Source: an uncultured Chloroflexia bacterium
GTDB taxonomy: Bacteria > Chloroflexota > Limnocylindria > Limnocylindrales > CSP1-4
Reading direction: 5' to 3'
DNA: 64,000 bases
Assembly (NCBI GenBank): GCA_963748625.1
Contig: CAVVJT010000004.1
Location: 416,001-480,000, forward strand
The translations under genes were made by a program, and so were the position numbers. The notes beneath the pieces were generated by a model. It made no database searches. It was given only the letters and a program-made list of their open reading frames with translations, and had not been told where the DNA came from. The stretch's first letter is position 1. Each line of letters opens with the position of its first letter. Positions 52,917-62,294 of the stretch are shown one piece after another.

Positions 52917-53651
52917 ATGACCACCAACCGCACCGCCTCCCGCCGCGCCATCGCGGGCGCCCGTCGCGCCGTCCCTGCCCTTGCGCTGGCCGCGACCCTG
53001 GTCATCGCCGGCTGCGGCGGATCAGCCGGCACGCCCGCACCAACGCCTGTCCCGACGATCGCCGTCGTGGCCACCACGGCGCCGACGCCCGTGTCGACGG
53101 CCGCGCCCACGGCCGAGCCGACCATCGCCCCGACCGAGGCCCCCACCGAACCTGCCGAGTCGCCCGCCGAGCCCGCGATCACGACCGCACCCGCAGGCAC
53201 CTTCCTCTTCGGCTACCAGGACATGCTCGCCTATTACCAGGCGTCCGGGTACACGTGCCAGGAGCCCGGCCCGAGTGCGGTCGCCGCGGGCTACACCACG
53301 CACATCTGTGCCATCGAGAACGAGGGTGGGACGACCGACATGGTCGGCTTCCTGGTGGCCGACGACGGCACGCTGGGCGATGTGTTCGCAGGTTCCCTCA
53401 ACCCGGCGGGAGGTGAGATGCCCACCGCGATGGACATGATCGCGCCGCTCGCGTTCATCCTGGGCGCGACGTTGGGCGAGACCGAGGGGGCCGCCGCCGC
53501 GGAGTGGCTGGCCACCAACCTGGGCAAGGAGATGGCCCAGGCCGAGTTCAACGGGAACACCGTGTACACGTACACGGTCAACGATGACTCGGGCGTGGGT
53601 GCGTTCACGGAGGTGGCGACGCCTGAGTACCTCGCGGCGCCGGCGCCCTGA
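52917..53651 (+). CDS. Lipoprotein with a Pro/Thr-rich linker
   Basis: Lipobox IAGC and PTAEPT-type linker. Confidence 0.75.
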   Translation: MTTNRTASRRAIAGARRAVPALALAATLVIAGCGGSAGTPAPTPVPTIAVVATTAPTPVSTAAPTAEPTIAPTEAPTEPAESPAEPAITTAPAGTFLFGYQDMLAYYQASGYTCQEPGPSAVAAGYTTHICAIENEGGTTDMVGFLVADDGTLGDVFAGSLNPAGGEMPTAMDMIAPLAFILGATLGETEGAAAAEWLATNLGKEMAQAEFNGNTVYTYTVNDDSGVGAFTEVATPEYLAAPAP

Positions 53652-53711
53652 CGCTCCGGTCGGCGGCCCTCGTACTCCGGGTCCTCGCGGCCCCCTTGCC
53701 CACCGGATTCC

Positions 53712-53822
53712 GGCCCACGTGGGGGGCGAATCGCGCGGCCGCACGCACGAGCCGGGCGTGAAACCCCGGGTTTCGCACGCAGACCACGCTCAGCACGTCC
53801 CGATTTGGCCCCCAGCTGGGGC
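53712..53822. repeat. 111-bp intergenic element, copy C (core type 1, inverted relative to A)
   Basis: Central GAAACCCCGGGTTTC; its reverse complement matches 11702-11812 (TGAGCGTGGTC, GCGAAACCC, CGTGCGTG blocks). Confidence 0.8.
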
Positions 53823-53945
53823 AGCACGCGGGAATGGGGCGGAACGTAGGGATGGGGCGCCGCGCGGGGATGGCGCAGCTGGGGCAATGGCCCGACCGCG
53901 CGATGGCCCGATCTCGCGGACTTGCGCTACACTCGCGCGTGCCGC

Positions 53946-54020
53946 TGGCGCGTGGCCTAATGGTATGGCACCTGACTCTGGATCAGGGGGTTCTAGGTTC
54001 AAATCCTAGCGCGCCAGCCA
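53946..54020 (+). tRNA. tRNA-Gln (anticodon CTG)
   Basis: TGGCGCG/CGCGCCA acceptor stem, CCTGA-CTCTGGA-TCAGG anticodon arm, CTAGG-TTCAAAT-CCTAG T arm, G73 plus CCA; TACACT -10 box at 53928. Confidence 0.97.
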
Positions 54021-54259
54021 ACTCCCCTTTCGTCGGGTCGAGTCCTTCCGGCATCACCAACCGTCCCTGACCCGGGGCGCATTGTGCTCCCGGCACGCGC
54101 TTTCCGGGACAACCGGCCTTTGCCGCACGTCCCCGCTCCCCGTCTACTGCGCAGCAGAGGAGCCGTGCGGCCCTGCCGCGACGCCCCGGGGGTCCGGCCG
54201 CCTCTGACGCCCGCCGTCACAGGGAAGCTGCAGCCGCGCACAGCCGCACGAGGAGGACC

Positions 54260-55876
54260 ATGCACGCCCGACCGTCGTTCCTGCGCGCCGCGCTCACCGC
54301 CGTGCTCGCTGTGGTCCTGCTCGCGCCGTCGACGCAGGCAGCCGCCGGCGCCGGGGCCACCATCAGCGGCACCGTCATCGACCGCACCGGGATCGAACTC
54401 AACGACCGCACGGTCTACCTCATGGGGTGGGATGGCAGCAACCCGGCCGCGCCCTACCTCGATGCGACGACGGCAGCCGACGGCTCATTCTCCTTCGCGG
54501 GGCTGGCGCCGGGCAGCTACGTGCTCGCCGTCCAGGGCGTCGAGCGCTGGCTGTCGGGCTGGTGGGATGCCGGCGCGCCCGGCCACTTCCGTGAGGTCCT
54601 CTCGGCTACGTCCGTCATCGACGCCACGGCCGGCGACGTCACGCTTGCCCCACTCGCGGAGGCACGCACCGCGGCCGCCGTCCACGGCATCGTCATCGAC
54701 AGGACAACGGGGCTGCCCGCGACCCGGGTCCGGGTGGATGCGGACGAAGCGGGCGAGTTCTACCCCAACGCCGACGGCGAGTTCATCCTGGCGCGCGAGC
54801 CCGGGAAGACGACCATCGGCTTCTGGGGCGACCCTGATGGCCCATACCCGTCACTCAGCGCCGTCTACACGACCGGAACTGCGTCGCACATCACCTCCAA
54901 CCTCAACGCCGGGACGATGGTCACCTGGACGGACGCCGACCAGGATCTTGGCGTCATCGGGATTGCCGATCCTGCTGTGATCCGCGTGACCCTGCCCGCC
55001 TCGCGCGCTGGTGCCACCGTCTGCGCGCAATCGACCTCCTCACCCTTCGCAGACATCTCCTGCGACACCGTCGGCGCTGGCGGCGTCGCGAGGATTGGCG
55101 GGCTCGACCCGGACACCTACAACGTCAGCATGGGTCATGATCGCGAGAGCCCGGCCATCCCGGGGATGCTCTACAACGAGGACGCTCCCGGGAACGTCTC
55201 CATGGACACGTACACGCCCGTCGCGGTGAGCACGACCACGTCGATCTCGGCCTGGCCCCCCACCGCCAGGCACCTGCGCGGCACCGTCCGCGTCGGGGCA
55301 TCGCGGGCGGACATCTACCTCTACCACGGCGCCCGGACATCCCTGTACGCCTACCGGCTGGTCCAGGGGGGCCTGAACCAGTTCGACCTGCTCGTGCCGC
55401 CCAACGTCGACGTGCGGCTCAAGGTCACGACCCGCAATGCCCGGCTCAACAGCCCGGCCTGGTGGAACCGCGCCTACGCGGGAGACCTCGGCCGGGTCGC
55501 CGCCACGATCCACATCGGCACGAGGTCGGTCAGCCTGGGCACGCTGACACCGCCGGCGGCGGCCAACCCACGGGTGCTCCGGTTCTCACCGGTGCCGGGC
55601 AGGACCGGCGTGAGTCGCAACGTGACGGTCAAGATCGTGTTCAGCGAGGTCGTGAGGAACGTCACGACCACGACGCTGCGCCTTGTCGACCTCACGACCG
55701 GCAAGACCGTGCCCGCAACGGTCAGGGCCGCCGACCCGTACGGGGCTTGGCTGATCGACCCGGTCGATCCCCTGCCTGCGACCCACAGCTTCAGGGTCAA
55801 GCCCTCATCTGCGATCACGGATACAAAGGGCCACGCCCTGAGGGTGTCGACGGCGACGTTCAAGACAGGGACCTGA
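54260..55876 (+). CDS. Secreted protein with carboxypeptidase-regulatory-like beta domains and a C-terminal Ig-like domain
   Basis: Signal peptide, ISGTVID...GLAPGSY, and C-terminal SPVPGRTGVSRNVTVKIVFSE...FKT; GAGGAGG SD. Confidence 0.75.
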   Translation: MHARPSFLRAALTAVLAVVLLAPSTQAAAGAGATISGTVIDRTGIELNDRTVYLMGWDGSNPAAPYLDATTAADGSFSFAGLAPGSYVLAVQGVERWLSGWWDAGAPGHFREVLSATSVIDATAGDVTLAPLAEARTAAAVHGIVIDRTTGLPATRVRVDADEAGEFYPNADGEFILAREPGKTTIGFWGDPDGPYPSLSAVYTTGTASHITSNLNAGTMVTWTDADQDLGVIGIADPAVIRVTLPASRAGATVCAQSTSSPFADISCDTVGAGGVARIGGLDPDTYNVSMGHDRESPAIPGMLYNEDAPGNVSMDTYTPVAVSTTTSISAWPPTARHLRGTVRVGASRADIYLYHGARTSLYAYRLVQGGLNQFDLLVPPNVDVRLKVTTRNARLNSPAWWNRAYAGDLGRVAATIHIGTRSVSLGTLTPPAAANPRVLRFSPVPGRTGVSRNVTVKIVFSEVVRNVTTTTLRLVDLTTGKTVPATVRAADPYGAWLIDPVDPLPATHSFRVKPSSAITDTKGHALRVSTATFKTGT

Positions 55877-55882
55877 CCCCGC

Positions 55883-55930
55883 GCGCGGGAGCGCGGCTGT
55901 GGCGCGCGGAGCGCGGCTGTGCGCGGGAGC
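55883..55930. repeat. Short tandem repeat (about 20-bp unit, about 2.5 copies) between convergent genes
   Basis: GGAGCGCGGCTGTG occurs twice, 20 bp apart, followed by a partial third copy. Confidence 0.6.
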
Positions 55931-55956
55931 CCGGCCGGACCCGCCGGCAGCGGGCC

Positions 55957-57483
55957 CTACCGCAGGAACAGGTCGTAGGCCGCGCTGCCGTCCTCGGCGG
56001 CCCAGGGCAGCCCGAGCGAGTCGATGAAGGCGCGGAAGTCGCCCATCTCGGCCTCCGGGACCTCGAAGCCGGCCAGCACACGCCCGAAGTCCGCCCCGTG
56101 GTTGCGGTAGTGGAAGAGGGAGATGTTCCAGCGCCCGGCGAGCGCGTCGAGGAACCCCATCAAGGCCCCCGGGCGCTCCGGGAACTCCACGCGCAGCACC
56201 CGTTCGTCGCGGACAGCCGCCGAGCGTCCGCCCACCATGTGGCGCACGTGGACCTTCGCCGTATCGTCGCTTGAGAGGTCGGTGACGGCCAGGCCAGCCG
56301 CGCGGAGCCGCGAGACCAGGTCGGTCGCGTCGGCCTGGTCGCGCACGGCCACGCCGGCGAACACGTGGGCTGCCGCCCGATCCGCGAGGCGGTAGTTGAA
56401 CTCGGTGATGACGCGCCCATCGCCGAGCAGGGAGCAGAACTCGCGGAACGCGCCCGGCCGCTCGGGGATCGTGGCCGCCAGCAGCGCCTCGCGGTGCTCG
56501 CCCAGGGCCGCCCGCTCCACGATGAAGCCAAGCCGGTCGAAGTCGATGTTCGCGCCCGAGAGCACCGCAGCCAGGCGCAGGCCCTGCCGGCCGCTCTCGG
56601 CCGCCCACCGCCGCAGGCCAGCGACCGCCAGCGCGCCTGCCGGCTCCACCACCGCACGGGTGTCCTCAAAGACCTCCTTGGTGGCAGCGGCGATCTCGTC
56701 GTTGGTGACCCGGACCACGCCCGCGCAGTGGCGGCGGGCGATCTCGAAGGGCAGCGCACCCACCTGGGCAACAGCCACGCCATCGGCGAAGATGCCCACC
56801 GTCGGCAGGACGACCCGCTCCCCCGCCTCGAGGCTTCGCGCCATCGAGTCGGCGTCGTCGGGCTCCACCCCGATCACCAGCACCGACGGCCGGACCGCGG
56901 CCACGTACGCGGCGATCCCCGCGAGCAGCCCGCCACCGCCCACGGGCACGAAGATCGCGTCCACATCGCCCAGCGCGTGGTGGAGGATCTCGGGCGCGAC
57001 GGTCCCGGCCCCCGCGATCACATCGGGGTCGTCGAACGGGTGGATGAAGACCCGCCCGGTCTCGGCGGCCAGTGCATCGGCCCGGTCCTTGGCATCGGCG
57101 AAGACAATCCCGGCGAGCACGATCTCGGCACCCAGGTCGCGCACCGCATCCACCTTGATGGCCGGGGTGGTCGCCGGCATCACGATGACCGCACTGATGC
57201 CCAGCTCGCGGGCAGCCCACGCGACACCCTGCGCGTGGTTGCCGGCCGAGGCAGCGATGACGCCCCGCGCGCGCTCGGCGGCCGACAGGCGCGCGATCCG
57301 GTTGTAGGCACCCCGGAGCTTGAAGGAGTGGACGGGCGAGAGGTCTTCACGCTTGAGCAGCACGTGGCAACCGAGGCGTGCGGACAGGCGCCGGGCGGAC
57401 TCGAGCGGGGTCTCGCGGGCGGCGGCTGGAACGCGCGCCTCGAGGATCGCGCGGAGCAGATTGTCCAGGCTGGGGTCGGGCAT
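55957..57483 (-). CDS. ilvA: Threonine ammonia-lyase, biosynthetic
   Basis: KREDL..HSFKLRGAYN, ASAGNHAQG, VGGGGL, SGAN, and two regulatory domains (ITEFNYR, NISLFHYRNHG). Confidence 0.95.
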   Translation of the reverse strand: MPDPSLDNLLRAILEARVPAAARETPLESARRLSARLGCHVLLKREDLSPVHSFKLRGAYNRIARLSAAERARGVIAASAGNHAQGVAWAARELGISAVIVMPATTPAIKVDAVRDLGAEIVLAGIVFADAKDRADALAAETGRVFIHPFDDPDVIAGAGTVAPEILHHALGDVDAIFVPVGGGGLLAGIAAYVAAVRPSVLVIGVEPDDADSMARSLEAGERVVLPTVGIFADGVAVAQVGALPFEIARRHCAGVVRVTNDEIAAATKEVFEDTRAVVEPAGALAVAGLRRWAAESGRQGLRLAAVLSGANIDFDRLGFIVERAALGEHREALLAATIPERPGAFREFCSLLGDGRVITEFNYRLADRAAAHVFAGVAVRDQADATDLVSRLRAAGLAVTDLSSDDTAKVHVRHMVGGRSAAVRDERVLRVEFPERPGALMGFLDALAGRWNISLFHYRNHGADFGRVLAGFEVPEAEMGDFRAFIDSLGLPWAAEDGSAAYDLFLR

Positions 57484-57492
57484 GGGTGGACG

Positions 57493-57774
57493 CTACGCCT
57501 GCCGGCGGATCGCGCTCCAGATGACCCAGGCGCCGGCCACGATGCCCCCGATGTTGAGCGCCTGGCCGGCTGGCCCACTGAGCAGCGACGTGTCCGCGCC
57601 CGCCGGCGCCGTCGCCTGCGCGACCAGCAGGAACAGCGACACCAGGAGGATCACGATCCCGGCGACAAGGCGCTGCCAGTCCAGGCGCGCGGGCTTTGGC
57701 TCAGCATCCGCGGCAGGCGCCGGCTTGGACTCGTCCGGCTTCGGCTTGTCGGTCTGCTCATTTCGGTCGGGCAT
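57493..57774 (-). CDS. Small 2-TM membrane protein
   Basis: MPDRNEQ... with two hydrophobic helices; TAGGCT -10 box just upstream. Confidence 0.65.
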   Translation of the reverse strand: MPDRNEQTDKPKPDESKPAPAADAEPKPARLDWQRLVAGIVILLVSLFLLVAQATAPAGADTSLLSGPAGQALNIGGIVAGAWVIWSAIRRQA

Positions 57775-57840
57775 GGCTGCAAGCCTACCCGACACTGGTG
57801 GGCCGGTCGTCCGCGCGCGGTATGATCGGCCGCAGGTCGC

Positions 57841-57912
57841 TGATGCGTGGCTCACGGTGAGCGTCCGGCGCTGAGCCGGAAGGTGCGGGTTCGACTCCCG
57901 GAGCGTCAGCCA
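57841..57912 (+). ncRNA. Degenerate tRNA-Gln(CTG)-like cloverleaf in the glnS leader
   Basis: TGATGCG/AGCGTCA acceptor stem, GCTC-ACGGT-GAGC D arm, TCCGG-CGCTGAG-CCGGA anticodon arm, GCGGG-TTCGACT-CCCGG T arm, G plus CCA; TATGAT -10 box at 57821. Confidence 0.8.
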
Positions 57913-57986
57913 ACTCCCCTGGGAGTGTGGTGCGCCGGTCCGCGAGTCACCTCTCCTCCCCGTGCACGCAGGTCGAAGGAGACGCG

Positions 57987-59672
<1,686 letters not shown>

Positions 59673-59758
59673 GAGCCGAGTCCATGCGGCACTAGGCGCG
59701 TGTCGCTCCGGGGCGCAGGCTGCGGCTTGTCGAGGCGTGATCGGGCACGAGGCGACAC

Positions 59759-60469
59759 GTGGACGGACGGCGGTTGCTCCTCCGGCTCAGCGGCGCGGCA
59801 TGGCTCCTGCTTGCGATCGCGTCCATCCCTGCCCTTGCTGCGCTCGTCGACCCCACAGACCTCGCAAGCACGTCAGGCACGATTTCGGCCGTCCTGCTCG
59901 CGCTCCTCCTCGTGGCCCTGGAGCTCTGCGCGGCAATCCTGACCGGGGTCCGCCGGCTGGCTCCGGCTGCGATGGTGGCCGGACCCGTGGCACTCGTGAT
60001 CGCCGCTGTCGTCTACACCGTGTCGCTCTACGAGTGTGTCGGCGGGACGTCTCTCGGCTGCGGCCGACCAGTGGCGGCGGCCTTTGCGATCACCGGGGTC
60101 TTCGGGATCCTTGCGGGGTACTGGCCGGCGTCACTGCCTGATCGCGTGTGGGTCGCGATCGGCGTCGTGACGCAGTTCTATGCCGTTGCGGCCCTCCTGC
60201 TCCTTGGATCCCTGCTCGTCCTCGGCGTATCCGCGGGCGTGCCGGAGGACCGATCGCTGGTCGACTTCGCCGGCCCGATCCCACTCATGATCGGTGTTGC
60301 AGTGGTGGCATTCGTTGCAGGTCGGCATGCGCAAGCATCATGGGCGCGGTTCGGACTGCTGCTCGGCTGGATCCTTCCGACGCTGCTGACGCTTGGCGTG
60401 GCCCTCGCTCCCGTCGTAGCGGTCTACATCCTGATGGGCGATCGGCCGATCCGGCAGCCCACCGCCTGA
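59759..60469 (+). CDS. Hypothetical multi-pass membrane protein
   Basis: About seven hydrophobic segments. Confidence 0.6.
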   Translation: MDGRRLLLRLSGAAWLLLAIASIPALAALVDPTDLASTSGTISAVLLALLLVALELCAAILTGVRRLAPAAMVAGPVALVIAAVVYTVSLYECVGGTSLGCGRPVAAAFAITGVFGILAGYWPASLPDRVWVAIGVVTQFYAVAALLLLGSLLVLGVSAGVPEDRSLVDFAGPIPLMIGVAVVAFVAGRHAQASWARFGLLLGWILPTLLTLGVALAPVVAVYILMGDRPIRQPTA

Positions 60470-60517
60470 GTCTCCTGGGGTTCGTCGATCTGCTCCGGCG
60501 GCTATGCTCGCGGCGCG

Positions 60518-61375
60518 ATGACCGGGTTCCCGTTCGACTTCCGGATCCGCACGCCCGACAGGCCGCTCGGCCGCGCCGTGGCGTCGGTCTGGTATGCGCG
60601 CGGCACGATCCCGTATCGCCGGGAGAAGGTCGCGCCCACCGGGTCCACCGTGGCGGTCATCGTCCTGGGTGACCCGATCATCGAGACCGCCGGCGGTCCC
60701 AGGGCCGTCCCGCTGCACGCCGCCGAGGGGTTCCTGATCGGGCCGCACGACCGGCCGGTCACGAACGAGCCGACGGGCGAGACGTTCGCCGTGGGGATCG
60801 TGACGACGCCGGTGGGCTGCCGGGCTGCGCTGGGCCTGGACCCGGCGCCGGTCGCCGGGCACGTGGTGGAACTGGCCGACGCGTGGGCACCGGCGGCCGA
60901 CCTGCGCGAGCGCCTGCTGAGTCTGGACGACCCGGAGGCGATGCTGGACCAGGTGGTCGACGTCCTGGGCGAGGGCCTCGATCTCGACATCGTCGGCCTC
61001 GACCGGTGCGAGCGGGCGGTCGCACGACTGGGCGAGGACCCGGCCCGTCCGATCGCCGACATCGCCGCGGCGGTGGGCATCTCGCACGGCCACCTTGACC
61101 GCGAGTTCACGCGGATCGTGGGCCTGTCGCCGCGCCGGCTGGCCCGGCTGCTGCGCGTGGAGCGGCTGCTCGAGGCGATCGACGTGGCCGGCGCGCCGGC
61201 GTGGGCGGACCTCGCCGCGGACCTGGGCTGGGCGGACCAGTCGCACATGATCCGTGACGTGAAGCGACATACCGGCTCATCGCCGTCGGCCTACCTGGCG
61301 GCCAGGCGGGCGTTCGAGGCGGGAGCACCGGCGCAGGGCGACGAGTCGGCGAGGTTCGTGCCCGAGGTCGTGTGA
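60518..61375 (+). CDS. AraC-family transcriptional regulator
   Basis: IAAAVGISHGHLDREFTRIVGLSP and LAADLGWADQSHMIRD HTH motifs. Confidence 0.9.
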   Translation: MTGFPFDFRIRTPDRPLGRAVASVWYARGTIPYRREKVAPTGSTVAVIVLGDPIIETAGGPRAVPLHAAEGFLIGPHDRPVTNEPTGETFAVGIVTTPVGCRAALGLDPAPVAGHVVELADAWAPAADLRERLLSLDDPEAMLDQVVDVLGEGLDLDIVGLDRCERAVARLGEDPARPIADIAAAVGISHGHLDREFTRIVGLSPRRLARLLRVERLLEAIDVAGAPAWADLAADLGWADQSHMIRDVKRHTGSSPSAYLAARRAFEAGAPAQGDESARFVPEVV

Positions 61376-61466
61376 AGTCCGTCCAAGACCCGGCATCGTG
61401 CTTGGACCGACCATCCGCCCGTCCGCCCCCGCGTCCCCGTCCCCTGTCACCGGAGAGCCAGCCGCC

Positions 61467-62027
61467 ATGCCCGATCCTTCCGCCGCCACCGAGACCCAGC
61501 TCCGCAACATCGAGGCCTCGACCGGCATGAGCATGGCGGCCTTCGCGGCCGCCGTGGCCGAGCACGGGATCGAGGGGCACGCGAAGACGCTCGCGTTCCT
61601 CAAGGAGGAGTACGGCCTCAGCCACGGCAACGCCAACGCCGTCGCGCTGCGGGTGCGCGAGCTCGCCGCCGGCGGCCCCGCGGGTGCCGAAGCCCTGCTC
61701 GACGCCCAGTACGCGGGCGGCAAGGCGGCCCTGCGCCCCGTCTGCGACACGTTGGTCGACCTGGCCCGCAGTCTCGGACCGGACGTGGAGGTCCTCGTCC
61801 AGAAGACCGGCGTGGCTCTCCGGCGCCGCAAGCAGTTCGCCGTGGTCCAGGCGGCGTCGGCGAAGCGCGTGGCGCTGGGGCTCAACCTGTCGGCAGCCCC
61901 GGATGACCCTCGCGTGGTCGCGACGCCGGGCGCGATGTGCGGCTACCGGGTTGACCTTCCCGACGTGGAGGCCGTGGACGCGGACGTGGCCGACTGGCTC
62001 CGGCAGGCCTACGAGCGGGCGGGCTGA
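61467..62027 (+). CDS. DUF4287/DUF5655-like protein
   Basis: NIEASTG...LKEEYGLSHGNAN and RRKQFA...WLRQAYE motifs. Confidence 0.75.
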   Translation: MPDPSAATETQLRNIEASTGMSMAAFAAAVAEHGIEGHAKTLAFLKEEYGLSHGNANAVALRVRELAAGGPAGAEALLDAQYAGGKAALRPVCDTLVDLARSLGPDVEVLVQKTGVALRRRKQFAVVQAASAKRVALGLNLSAAPDDPRVVATPGAMCGYRVDLPDVEAVDADVADWLRQAYERAG

Positions 62028-62112
62028 CGGCAGACGGCGAGCGGACCCGTGCGCGACCGGCCGGCCGGTGCCGGTGCGGGCGGGCTCCGTGCGCGGGTGG
62101 CGCCGGGCTCCC

Positions 62113-62223
62113 CCCCCAAGCATGGGGCGTTTCGCCGCCGGACCCTCGTGGCTCAAGGCCCAGGATGTCGATGTGCCGGGTGAGCCGTGCAGGCAGGCAG
62201 GCGATTTGCCCCAACCTTGGGGG
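62113..62223. repeat. 111-bp intergenic element, copy D (core type 2)
   Basis: Shares GGGGCGTTTC, CCCTC, TGTCGAT and GGTGAGCC at the same offsets as 42809-42919. Confidence 0.8.
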
Positions 62224-62294
62224 AAGGCCCTGACGGGCCGGAGCCGCGCAACAGCCGGGCGGCGGGGCGAAGCAGCCAGGCTGTCACGCCCTTG

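Noticed and set aside
54021-57906. Genomic island integrated at tRNA-Gln
   Set aside because: No integrase, no evident compositional shift, contains housekeeping ilvA, and the distal copy is a whole cloverleaf rather than a 3' tRNA fragment.
57841-57912. Selenocysteine, pyrrolysine or suppressor tRNA reading of the cloverleaf
   Set aside because: The 7-nt loop CGCTGAG centres on CTG, not TCA or CTA, and there is no long variable arm or sel/pyl gene.
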